Below, in pieces: positions 25,884 through 39,700 of a stretch of DNA of 64,000 bases. The stretch comes from Balanoglossus misakiensis. Lineage: Eukaryota > Animalia > Hemichordata. How positions within the stretch are numbered: position 1 is the stretch's first letter; each line of letters opens with the position of its first letter. Where the stretch lies: NCBI GenBank assembly GCA_040954595.2, contig CM082592.2, positions 8,419,677 to 8,483,676 on the forward strand, written 5' to 3'. The notes beneath the pieces were generated by a model that had not been told where the DNA came from, searched no databases, and saw only the letters and a list, made by a program, of their open reading frames with translations. Both the position numbers and the translations under genes were made by a program.

Positions 25884-25988
25884 TTAGGGGGCACAGCTGA
25901 ATATTTACTCTTATTAATAAGTCACTATGGGAAATGACATTCGATGTCCGGTTTGTTCACTGATGATAAATTTGATAGTGCCCCTTAA
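25884..25988. mobile_element. Short MITE-like element with 11-bp terminal inverted repeats
   Basis: TTAGGGGGCAC (25884-25894) and GTGCCCCTTAA (25978-25988) are inverted repeats with one mismatch, and both outer ends contain TA. Confidence 0.5.
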
Positions 25989-28900
25989 CAGCGGGGAAAA
26001 TCAACTTTGTAACTATGCATTCAGTGTATGACAGATATATATGACAGTTAAATTTTGTTGCAAAGGTTTGAATGAGTTTTTGTAATAAAAAATGCAACTA
26101 TAAACGCATAACTTTTTTCCTTGTGTTCTATAAAAAATAGTGGTGTTGATTATTAGTGTTTTCTCCCAAAACTTATCCCTGGTGAATTGTCACTCACAGA
26201 TAATTATTAAAAATCCCTCGTGAACTGTCACTCGCAGTTAATTAAAATAGGTCAGAGTTAAGCCAGATGATGCTGTGGTATTACGAAAAGGCATGCTCAG
26301 CTTTAAGTACACCCGTGCATTATTGAAATGCAGCAGCATTAGCAACGTCCAAAATGCAGCCAATGAGAAACAATATCAAAGAACAAAGGCAATATTTCAC
26401 TGTCTCCAGTCTTTTTCCATTAACCCTAACACGGGCATGCATTACTGATTTCAAATCCTCTGGGCTCGTGACTCCTAGAACAAAGGGAATACATCTTCAT
26501 AAAAGTCATAAAACGTCGTAAAAATTGCACCGCCAATAAAAAGAATGGATTTTTTTTATTGACTTGGGTACTTTTCAGGGAACACAATGTAAAAAGTCAG
26601 AGGCAATACCAAAATGGCTATTAAAATAACTTCAACAGTGGGAACTATTGTTTGACGCAATGTTTGAACATGAGAATAATTTAACGTATCTGACAGATTT
26701 ATCGATAGATTATTGACCTATTCGCATTTTATAGTTATTGAAGTACAGCAAAAAGATGTTTTTCACAGCAAGGGGAGGCCCTTCCATACCATGGTCTTGG
26801 ACTGAATCTTTGCAATAAACTGACATAGATGTGATAAGACACAGTGGGACACATCACTTTGGTACTCATATACACAGGCATTATGATGGAGGAAAATAGG
26901 AAGATGATTTCTGAATATTAATATTTCTCTTATTTCTGAACAAATCCTGCTATGTCAGATCACCTTTTAATTAGGACACAGTACAATGATAAAAACATTT
27001 TGCTAGTTGTCAACTGAAAGTCGTGCGCCCTCTTGAGGTCTGTGATGAGAGAATGCTGGCTTTCACATCAAACCATGTGAGATGGTGAAGAAATCTTCCA
27101 GTGTTTTAAAAAACAGTTAACTGCCAGTGAAACATACATTTCAATTTCATCTCTATAAATCTCTTCTGTACACCCTGACTTTTTACATCATGCTATCTCA
27201 ACTCATGTTTTCAAAATTTCCATAGAGGTTAACCTATCAGAAAAATAATAATAATAACCAGTATTTCATTTCAGAGATGAGATGATAAAAATGTAATTCA
27301 ATAGTGAAAAAGATTTGATTTACAGTATACTGTCATTGCTATACATTTTAAAATAAAATAAATCTATGGCTTATAAATTTTCCTGAATCAAGATAACTGT
27401 TACTGTATACTGAAAGCACTGGTTTATGAATACAAAACACTAAATTGTACCAAAATTCTCTCACAGCGTTTTTTCACAGACTGACATCATTCAGGTTTAT
27501 GGAAATATGCCAGTGAGTTATATGGAAATAATTAATTCATGCTGTGTAGATCTTGGCCATTATAAATTTACAAGGAAATGACACACGCACAACATCTATG
27601 ATTGTGATATATTGGAGTTTCAGCCGCATGCATGCAGTCCTAGAGCATAGCAGAGAAGTTCAGCAACATTCTAGATTGTACACCCACCTCAAAACTCAGT
27701 TTAACCGAGAATTCATCTGCGTGATATGACGCGACCCCACAGGCACACCCTGTACTCAAAACTCTCCTTCATCATTTGCACTAAATATTACATAAACCAC
27801 TACCAAAAGAAATTAAAAGCACTCAATAAACAGTATATGTCCAAATGAAGTTTCAAAACTCCAGTAACTGTCCAGATTAGAACAAGAAACATAACCCAAA
27901 TGACCATTTCTAACTTTCTGACGCATAATCTGCAAAATTCAAAATGTTGACATCAAGTAGGCGCCAGTACAGATGCAATGCGGTGCTCATGAAAGAAGTT
28001 CTGCAGTATTGGATCAAAGCCTGACGAGGAGAGATTAAAGTTTAAAGATTCGGGCATTGAAACATCAAAAGAGGGGATGAGGAAGATGATCTCCTCAAAT
28101 CTACTTTTTGTCATATCCCCACGATTATCATTTCATATTTTCTCAATTGGCAGACAGGTGTCGCACTGGTAGTATGCATAATTAAAGGGGCAAGCCACAA
28201 AAACTGTCATATCTGACCTCCGGTGGTTATAAGTATCATCCACTAGATGGAATTGTTGGAGTTACACAGATATACATGCATGCATGAATGAATGAATACA
28301 AATGTAATACATATCCCCCCACTGGATGCTGTTGCAGATGTATTCTAAGCTTACATTACAGTTCAGATTGTATAAAGTTGAATTAAAGGAACTATTTTGA
28401 TATACCAGTACATGTAGAATGAAACTTCAAACATATGGGCGAAAAGCTAAGGATGCATGTTATCCGTACAGACGGATGCAGACAGGTGCCATATAATTAT
28501 CTGTTTGTCAGATGCCAGTCACCTTGCCTAATATGCTTAGTTTCAATATGATGACAGCACTTAATTAATTCTGGTATGTACGGTACCCAAAATTATGTCG
28601 CTGAACACTTTCACAAAATAACTTGTTGTGCACTCACAATCGACATTCCATGAAACTTCACATACAAAATATACTAGCAATTCATCAAACTTGAGACCAA
28701 GGGGAGAACTACTCATTGTGACCTGCACAATACAAAAGGATACATACTCTTTTTTATTATCAGAATTTTCCTGATAGCAATGTTGATAAAAAATAAAGAT
28801 AATTCCCACATGTGAAATTCATGTATCTCTGGAAACTATCACTAGTATGATAACATCTGGATTCACTCATCGGATAATTAATTTTATCTTTGTAAGATGA

Positions 28901-30311
28901 TAGATATGTGCTTTATTTCATGGATGACAAAATTATAACATTCAGTCACTTGGGTGATCACTTCCAGGGTCAATCATTAAATATTTCATTATGTGGGGTG
29001 TACTATTTTCAATGAAAAATAACAAAAAATTGTATGGTATCCATGCTGATAGTTTGAAAAGTCCTATTTTGTATTGGAAATGTTTGACTGAATTCGCACA
29101 TTACTGTTACTAACTATCCTGAGGTTTTCAAGTGGCCAGTTAGTCTTGCAGCTATCTGAAGAAAAATCAAGCGAGTTTGAGAATGGAGTTAATAAATCAA
29201 AAGCATTTTCTGCTGTCAAATTAGTTTTTGCTTGTTCTCTCAGTGAAAGGCAATGCATCAGTTCAGATATTGTATAGGAGAATGGTAAAAATGATGTACA
29301 AAATTGTTTGGGTGTTATTTAATGTATGTGGAAAAATAATATTTGTAATTGACAATTATTTTCAACTCCATTCAATGTCACATATCCTTGGGATATGTCT
29401 CATTTGAATACGTGGGGGAAATTCCATTGTAGGGGGGGGGGGGGCAAATAGACGTATGCTGCATAAGTCAGCTGCTCCAATTTTAAGTGTCAAATGCTGA
29501 TATTAATTAAACTGTGCTGCTAATTATTAGATTCTTGTCCTGCAGAAATATTGCAAGGATAATGTGTGATTGAATTAGCATAGACTCATATTCTGCTGTT
29601 CACTTGCTGTAAGTGTTGCTTCAAACAATTTTGTCCCCTGAGGAGAAATGGCATTGAAAGAAAAGCAACCCTTGCCTTTGATCGATGCAGACTTGAACAT
29701 CAATGAATAGAATAACACGTACACGGACGCAGTCGCCAATGGCAACATGCCCGTCTTTTCCAGCTTATTGATCCATCACAAACGTAAACACTTGGGTCTT
29801 TTGAAAATGTCAAAATGTCGTGCTGTATTCAAGTCAAGAAATCCGCAGAGAGTGTACAAAAATCAATGAAATTTATCCCGCCATAAAGTACCATCAAATT
29901 GCTTTCCTAAAAGACCAATATTTGCTCAGACCTCTTAGAAGATCTTCTGGAAACTTCAATTCCTTGAAGTTATTTACTTTCAATCTCTTTAATCACAATC
30001 ACCTGGGATTTAGTCAATCTTCTCCTCAAAAATCAAACACACCTGATCCCTTCCACTTTGCTTCATTTGAAGCTCAAATTTCCTGGCTCTGCACGACGGC
30101 AAAATTGACATCTACAGAAATTTTCAGTGTTAATCTTGACAGACACATTACACACACGTCATGTACCGCCAGTATTTTCTATTTTTATCATGATCAATAA
30201 TGCATCGACTGAACAGGCTTGTAATAATTAACTGCCATTGATTTCTCGGTAAAACAATTCTGTGACGTTAATTAAACAAATAAAAGTGTGAACTAACGTT
30301 ATTCGCCCAGC

Positions 30312-30723
30312 CTATTATGAAAGCTTACTTGTTATTGGTTTACTGAATCAAATGACCAACTTGCAAGGAGTTGTCTGATTGGTCAGAGCATGATGTTTAC
30401 TGACCCATACAGAAAGCATATACTGGCATCACCTTCAACCATAGGTGTATATAGCCAAATTATTAAGGCAACTTTGGGTTTGAACTAAATTTTTATGTAT
30501 AATTGCATCATGACAAAGCTATTATGAAAGCTTACTTGTTATTGGTTTACTGAATCAAATGACCAACTTGCAAGGAGTTGTCTGATTGGTCAGAGCATGA
30601 TGTTTACTGACCCATACAGAAAGCATATACTGGCATCACCTTCAACCATAGGTGTATATAGCCAAATTATTAAGGCAACTTTGGGTTTGAACTAAATTTT
30701 TATGTATAATTGCATCATGACAA
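30312..30723. repeat. Perfect tandem duplication, 2 x 205 bp (period 207)
   Basis: 30312-30516 is identical to 30519-30723 on base-by-base reading, with a 2-bp AG spacer. Confidence 0.97.
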
Positions 30724-33700
30724 TTTTAACCAACACAAATATACACAAAACATATCATTACATCACACACATATCAGATTAACTGGACTTGAATTATTCT
30801 TTTCCATTTTTCAGTGCACAATTCATGTCAAATTATTTGTATTGAAAGTTATATCTATAACAGACGTTATATATTCCACGCGGCCTTGGAAAACTGCTAA
30901 TGATTACAAGGCAAATGACACCAATTGTGATGTTGAGCCATCCCTAGATACAAATCCCCCTTGTGGGCAATGATTTAATCAATTCAAGGACCCTGTACTA
31001 ATGGATGAAATGGTCTATAAACCGGCGTAATGAAGATCTCTTTGTTACGACGGTGACAAACACTACAGCAATTTCCTGGTTTTCAAACGCGAAAGTCACA
31101 CGTTGCCAAAGCAGTTATTTCAATAAATGGCCACTGCAAAGCTGGGGTAATGTTACTTTTAATGACCCGTGGCCTTTGCAAATCGCCTTTGATGGTGCAC
31201 ACAATCCCCCAATCAATACATACCGGCAGCACTTGACCATGGATTTTTTCTATTTCCCAAACGATGCTAATGATGGAAAGCTCTTAAGGTTTCTCCTTTG
31301 TGCACCATTACCGGACAGTGGTTTTTTTCGATTGGTATCAGCAATTCAGCCGGGAAAGTTTAAGCTAACAGCGCATGCAGAGAAACTGGCCATTGATGGC
31401 CGATTTGCCTTCTTTTAGACAAACAGATGGCACAGAATGCATTTAATCTGTTATCTACTTGATCGCTGAGGGAAAAAAACCTCATAGCAGGAAAGATTTG
31501 CCGTCTGTGCAGGCATTTGACAAATGCAGGCACAATTTGCTTTGATCAAAAAAGGTTTTGGTTCTATCATGGTTACATCAGTCCCGATGTAAGCTGAAAT
31601 AGAGTATTTGTATTATTAAATGGACCATAAAATGGAAGTACAAAAATACATCCTTGAGACAATAATGATATTCTAAGACCGAAATAAAGATTTATTATAA
31701 ACTCTATGTCCAAATGTTAATGTTTGTTTTATATTTGATGGCTTGGATGAGGTGAACAGATGCAACCAATTTGTCAACAACTCAACTATCCAGTGAATTT
31801 GCAGTCTCAGAAGAGGTAGCGTAATTACTTACATGATCACATTAAATTTTAGTATGTACACAAAGAGAAAGGAATGTTTATTATCAAGATTTTCAGGAAG
31901 CTACCAGCACTTGAAAAAAGAATGACCCCTATCGACTTTAGTTTGCATGAGTTACTCTGTTTATGTACGATCCATAATGTGCACACACATTCCTGAAGGA
32001 GAAAATTCTCTGAAACACAGACAAGGGTCAATGCCAGTAACCTTTGTGGTCGAAAGTGCATCACAGGGGACCTATTACAACCACACCTAGCGGAATTAAA
32101 GACAATCTGGGCACTTGACTTTCAAGCAAGTACAGGAACACTTCTCTAGCAAGTCAAACCAAGCAACAAAACATATTCACAGTTCATGGCTCTTCGACAC
32201 CAAATTACCCAGTACAGGCGCAAAGGTGTGGACGTTTACTAATTACGTCTTTTCTATGCATCAATGGACATTCAAACGCCTTGACAAAAAAAAGCGTCTC
32301 TCTGTACTGATCTATATAATACTCAGATATAAAAAAATCTATACCAATAGAAAATTCATTTCAAAGGTTTACATTTTGCTTTCAAATATTGTGTTGCAGG
32401 AGACCGTTCTAACTGTCAGAGATTTCAGAAAGGAACTCTCATGCATAAAAATCACAAACAGGAAAAAAAAATGCAAATATTAGATGATGAAAAACATAAT
32501 ATCAACATGCTCATATTTTCTCTTACATCAGAAATGTAAGAGTTTATTTCTGAAATGCAATACTCTGTGCGCTCAGAGCACCACTTATCGATACATCAGC
32601 CAAGAGTGATGAAATTTTAGCTCTAGTAGCCAGAATCGTCAACATTACTTGATCTCCTTTAGCCTGAAACTTTAAACTAGCCGGTGGCGCTTTGAGCAGA
32701 TTATTGGCTGGGGAGAAAAAAAGCATCAATGACCGCGATGTAGGTAAACTTAATATATGGTACAATTACAGCTGCACCCTTGACCTGTGTCCGTCAGCCG
32801 ACACGATGATATTGAAGTTGACACAAGCAAACTGGAAGATGCTGCAAAGGGAATTCTTTTGGGAGCTAAACCACTTGTTTGGAAGACAACATTGAACAAG
32901 AATTTGAAAATTAAAACCAGAACTCTTATGTTTCTAGCTATACTCATATACTTATAAAAAAATAGCAGTTATTACAGCACTGTAAATATACACAACGGAC
33001 CATCTCCTTGGGGCAGGATAATATCATCACCGTAGCAAATGATTTCTTCATAAATTATCGAGCAAAGGTCCAGCAGAAATGGTGTATGTTTACCTGGGGT
33101 GTTTCTTTTATCATTTTGAAAGTCAATTTGCAGACCACCGACCACGCCATTCATAGGTGAGTTCCTCGCGACTTTATGAAAAATCATCAGAAAAGGCATA
33201 TATCATCCTGAGGAAAGATACTTCCCTGTGATATGAGTTTTGATAGTTGATCAATCATAAGCCGATATCTACATCCATAATATACCCTGGTAGTAATGAT
33301 GGAGTGACTGAAATTTGTTATTTTTCTGAATTTTTTACAAATATATACAGTGGCTAATTTTGAAAGAGTCTAACATGTATGCTTGGAAAAAAGTGGCGAT
33401 TTGGGAGAGTAATTTCCAGTTATTGTTTGGTGGACAACATGTGTATGTACACACACAGCTCACAGTCACATCTCCAGAGGTTGCTTGACTTCTCTGTTTC
33501 TCGCTGCACGTCACATCAAATCTCTTTACGGCTCATTTCTTTCAATCTCTAAACAGCAGATTGACATTCTGGCACTCGTCGACCAGAAACAAACACTACG
33601 GCGAATATACAAACACATTTTTCAAACTGACCATGTCAGTTCCCAGGCCAATAGATTGATCTGGTATTCACAGCTCTCCGCAAATGTAACCGGCAAAGTC

Positions 33701-36700
33701 ATTGGAACGCAGACAATGTCTGCACACCTGCGACCCGCAGAAAATTACTTGATGTTGTCGGCGTGACCCGGTGTTACGGGCAACTCCGTTTTGATGGTAT
33801 TGATAAAACAAATCATGCAGCATTTTCTCTAAGGCCCACTCATTTCAGAAAAAAACTACGCAGGTATGACTGAACAGAACTACCGCAAGAGCGCACCGGG
33901 GGACCTGCGAAAGGATGTAAGGCAGGGATATTAGCATTAACAGCCACGCGGCTGAGAATATAGGTTGATGTATTTTGCAAGGCAAGTGAAGAAAGATGTG
34001 GAGTGGTCATGCCCGTATCTGCCCGGCTGCATGTACATCGATTGGAGTTGAAAATTGCTTTGACTTTTGGGAATTTCTCGGCATTAGCATAGCCCTAGGC
34101 CACTCTGTAGTCATTAACTTTGCAATAGTTACATTCAAAGTGGCTGCACCATCAATAATGCATGGAGCTTGCCATATTGCACCGTGACTCTTTCAACAGG
34201 TGAGCCTGCAACACTCGGGTTACGTCTTGCATATATAGCCTAACAACTCCAGCTGAGACGTAAGTCTTTTTATCCAAAACGATAATATCCTTCAGACATT
34301 AAGACTCACTTAGCGCCTTTGGAAATAATACCAACTCAGCTCCTTAAGCATTCATGCACATTTTCATGAAAGGAAAATGTTTGTTTATCATAAATTTTGT
34401 TGGCATCAGAGTACAAATGACAAGCGAGCAACCTGGGTAAATTAGTATATTGGATTTAAACATACTTAATGATTGTTCTTGTGATCAACTGTCTGTTGTG
34501 ATACTGAGTAAAGTTATGCCTATGCTTTCATAGGTTCAATCTGAAAAAGTTTGAAGTTCTTTATTATTATTCTGCCATTTGGCAGAGGTTACCGAGTTTA
34601 TCCACTTTTGATTTATTTCCCGTTTTATATCAAATTGAAGCATCACTGTGTGAGCATAAATAAATGTGACTTATATACACATGGTTCTAAACATACAAAG
34701 CCACTGAGCGCCAAGCAACTGCAAACCACTGCGTAATAATCCGGTGCTACTCTGAAACGTGAATTATAAACGGATGTTACAGGCACGTATAGTGGAATAT
34801 ATCAGAACGCGGGCATAAAAATTGACTGCTGTCTGAGCCATAAAGTTATTCCTTTTATTCTGTTTTTATATGCGAACCAATTTATTTTACGAGATGGATA
34901 TTCAAGCATGGTAATATCAAGTGAAGTTCTTTCATCATACTTTGTTAAGGTCTAACAACTGTTAACAAAGCAAAGATTGCTTTTGATTGGCGACAGGCCT
35001 GTTGCTGTTTTTAGTGCAGTTAATACGCCACGGATAAAACTTTCCCAATGTCCCTCGCGCTGATGAAGGCATGGAAAAAGTGCACAACAAACAGGTTATT
35101 TGATTTCACGTTGCGCCGACAGGCAACGAGGTTCTTGTCAAGATTGGAATCCAGGTGTTAAAGAGGTAATGTTCATTCTGATTAAGATCCGACAGAATTC
35201 TTGCATTAACTCCGCGTGTGGTCCGTAATAGCTGCTCTACCCCATACAGGTGACATTTAAAAAGAGCTCTGCTGGGAAACATGGGAGGTTTTTTTTTTCA
35301 TCCCGTTCTGCAATAACACGTTGCTAGGTGCCAGGGAATTATCCTTCTCTAGATGTTGTCGTCTCTATTACAGTGAGAAATTCTCAACCTGTGACAAGTA
35401 TGGCTCTTGTTGTTGACATGTACTGAAAAGCCTGGATATCTGAGTCAAAGTTGCGCCTCTCTGAACTGATCGAATGCGGCTAACAAAATTGACTTGTTTG
35501 TAGCAACTGGTCCCCCTTTTTTCACTCATATACACTCATACATGACTGACAGTTCAGTCAAACTGCCGATTATTGGCTAATTGACAGGCAAATTGGACAC
35601 TTTTCGTATTACGGTTGAATAAATTTCAACAATATGACTCCTGGAGTCGGAATGATGATGTTCTTGTTGCCGTGGTTTCTTCATGAAGGCGTGTAAGCTA
35701 GAATTTCCTCATGAACAGCAAAACTTCATTCGATTTTCTGTAACATATTTTTCGAAAATACAAGGTAGTTTGCTTTCATAAATGACAGGTAATGTCAGTG
35801 CTGGTATAGTTACATTAAAGTATATTATTTTGAGATATAACAGCACTTTGATAAAAGTAGTTGGGCCATCTAATTATATGTAGACATGTATGAAATTCAA
35901 AGCTGAGCGTTGCAAAACTATATTATTTTCCAAGCAAAGAAATATCAATTTACAATTATGCATTGGTAGAGAAAATTGATAATTTCTTGCTCGATCACAC
36001 TGATGTCATTCCATGAATCTTATTATGAAAGTAATATCTGATAAATTTCACATTTCATTCTTTTTGTAAGCTGATATGCATTATTTCACATTTTTTCTGA
36101 ATTGTAATCCAAGGATGCAAAGAATACATATCTGACATTATCCGGATGCGATAAACCGTAAATCGGTTTTAATCAGGGTTTCATTAGGAAATACCGGTAG
36201 AGTAAAGGAAACTTGCAGCTGTGCATGGCTATTCCAGTCTGCGTCAGTCGTCTATTGATATCGTTTCACGGCTGGTTCACTTCTGAACTACAATTACAGA
36301 ATTTCAATAAGTTCTCCGGCAAGCAAATGAACAAACCCTTGAGGAGCGAGTTTACTTCATTAAAACGCTACAAGGGTACAATTTCTTCCAAACCACAAAA
36401 CACTTGATCCAAACTTTGTGAATTATGCATTAAGCGCACTCGTTCACGGTGGAAAAGACGGCGTTCTGATAATTACACCACAAAACCTAACAAGGACTTT
36501 CTGGGTTTCAGAGCTATACACAAACCAAGAAAAAACCCGAGTTCTGGCAGATAGCAGACCATTAAAAGTTAGAGTTGATTATATCAATCACTTCATGTCC
36601 TCGGGTGTTTTATTTGGGAAGAGATTAAGAGAGGTCTCACTTACTGAAAACACAATTATCCTCATTATCCAATAACCATGTAGACCCAACAAATCAATGA

Positions 36701-39700
36701 TTCTGACTTTGGGTGTCCTCGCATTCGCATGTTTGCCCGAGCCATTAATTTCGGGCGATCGCCACGATCACCACGATTGCTTACATCTGAGATGCGTAGG
36801 TCGCGGTGAAGTGCTCACAGTTTATTGAAGCACTGCCCGAGCGCGAGCCTGTAATAAAACTCCTCAGCACCAGACGCCAATTTGTCGCCACGGCAACAGA
36901 GTGTCCCTGTCTCCAGAAATGCCGCGGCAACCGGCTGCAACTTGGAGGCTGTGTTTGATAAGCATGAAATTAGCCGCTATATTTTGCAATTTCTGCCATG
37001 TACATGACTTAATGTGTCAAGCATTGTCGGATAATAAACTTACTCACTGCAGCTGGGTAACTATTTTCAAAATTAAACTGACGCGAGTGATCGAAATGGC
37101 GAGCAGAATGAAATAAATTGATGGCGGGTTTAACCAGAAGACTCGTGTCTCTCGCTTGCCCTTTATCAAGATTTCTTGCCGACTAATTTTCTGAGCGAAA
37201 AAGTTCTCGCGATAAAATCTCCCAGTAAGCGCATTACTCAGTCAAACGGTTTCAATTCCAAGTAACCCCAAAGTACTGTCAATCTTTTCTTACAGCTTTT
37301 TGCTCTTTCAGCTGTAGAAGCATTTAAGAATGTTTAGTCAGCTGATAAGTTTCGTTAGGGAGGTGAAAGGACATCTTGTTTCTTTATCGGTTGCCCCTTA
37401 CTGACTTAAAATGCTTCAGAGTATTAGAGCAGTTCAGTGGCTCACCCACATTTTGACTGAACTTTTCATTGTTTTTCTCTCTGTATAATAATTCAGCAAT
37501 AGGAAAATCGTTCAGGCTAATATCTTCACTCAGATTTTTGTTATTCAGTTTGAGGACTGATCACAAAAATCTCTATAAATTATAGTATGAATATACTTCA
37601 GGGCAGAGAATAGCCAGAAAATATGTCTTACATCTCTTCAAAGACTACCAGAGTGGTTAAATTCAAAATAGTCCATATCAATACTGTATTGCATGTGGTT
37701 TAATTTGTCGGGCAAAACCCAGATCAATTAACACCAGTTTAAAAATTTACCAACAAGCGTCACTGAAGATATAAAAATATTCTGAATTTACAGCGGGGCA
37801 AAATCTGACTTGACTGGAGACAGAAAACCTCCATGAAACGCATCGGTTTCCCTTTGGCACAGTTTCCTCTACTTCAAGTTTTTTTTTTTCGTGTTTGACA
37901 GACTCTTTCCTCCAGGTGCTTTTCTTCTCTTTTCACGTTGTTGGTGAAATCGCCAACATTTCACGATAAATTTAGTCCAACATGGACCCCTTGATCGCCG
38001 GGATCAGTGTGGTTGAACTCCTGTCCCAATAATTCAATAATCCGGCCGTATCCGTTCCCGTAATCGCGCACAAATGCCAAGGAATTGAAAAATTAATATA
38101 GCTGTGGCACCTTAGGTGGCAGCGATGTGGCACACATTTAATAAGATTTGCCGGATAATCTGCTGACAGTCAATCTGGCACCAGTAGTATTAAACAGGAA
38201 TTACTGTTCTATCGGGACTTGAGAATTGTAGAGAACGCCAAAACGATTGTTTCACCGGAGGCCACGAGTCTGCCTTCCACATATTAGCTACTTTCACAGA
38301 CGTAAATGGGGAGGTCGGTGTTTGCAAATGTCACAGAATCCTGCTATTTTCCCCAATCATCCTGCTGATAAAGTCTCTTTCAAGACGTACCAGGCTAAGA
38401 AGTTGAAAGAGCATGGACCACTTTTTACCAGTCCCAGACATTTGTTTGCTTAGAAGGCGCGTAATCAGATAAAATTGTTTAATCAGCCGACTGTAAATCA
38501 CATATAAATTAAATATAAGCTAAAAAGAAGGAACAAATTGCCTGCAGACTGATTTGCAGGAATTTTAAAATCCATTTTCCTATCTTGACTCAGCAAATTC
38601 TCATAGAATTTGACAATTGTGAAAAGTTTACTTGTTGATAGAGATCCAGGGTACAACTGTATTCAAATATTGTTCCCGCTGAACGGTGATTGGCTGAGTA
38701 TGTCTCAACTTACATTCTGATTGGTCCAGCTTCAATGTCAGGTGACCGATCATGTGGCTGAGCCACAGCATTCACCACAAGTGCTGATTGACATTTTGTA
38801 AGACCAGTGGTTGAAATGATCTTGAAATACACGTGCTACATGTACCTATATGGTAGCTAGTTTACATTGGTGTCATATTGCAAAAAGCTGTAAAAAAATT
38901 AGCAGTTTTCTCTCTGGAATACAATGAGTTGTAATTTTGGTAGTCAAAAGTTAAGCAACTGGGCAAATAACCCTGAGTAGGTTAAGAATGCTTGCCATTG
39001 TAATATTGGCATCTTATTTAATTGTTATTAACTAAAACATCTTCCTGGATGCAACAAGACAGCTAGAAGACACTCTGGGCTTAGAGACAGATTTATAACA
39101 TGATTGAGTACTGTTCTATATGCATAAACTCTACCACTATACAGCTGGTGAAAACTGCTGTGATGTATGGCATGTCCTTAGCAGTTCAATCAATGTTTAT
39201 GGCAAAAATAACAGCTCGGGTGTTTGTTGTTAAGAATGAGCACCTTCAACATACGTCAACACAATTCCTGCCCTGATCCCGAGATGTGTCGAGGAACGCA
39301 AGAACAACATTCCTCGCAAGCAGACAGACGACAGACAAACAGTTATGAAGAAAATTTCAGTCGGGGAGCAGAGTTGCGCTCTATGTTTACCGACAACTCT
39401 GATCCTGCAGACATAAAATATCTCCATCACGCAAACAATCTCTGCGGGGACAGGGGTCTGAAATACAGCTGATATTAGGTGTCAACCCAGCCTCAATATA
39501 TCAGGTGTCGTGATGTCTCTACAAATTGACGGAAACTCCTTGGCAGTATTAATTTTCATCAGGATAAATTAACCAGAATATATTTCCTGTAGAGTGATCT
39601 ATCTCCAGTGTGCGATATTATTGCGATGGTATCCATTTTTATAGCCATGATTCATTTCTCCAATGTGTGAAGATGATCACGTTTTATGACCTTCAAATTT

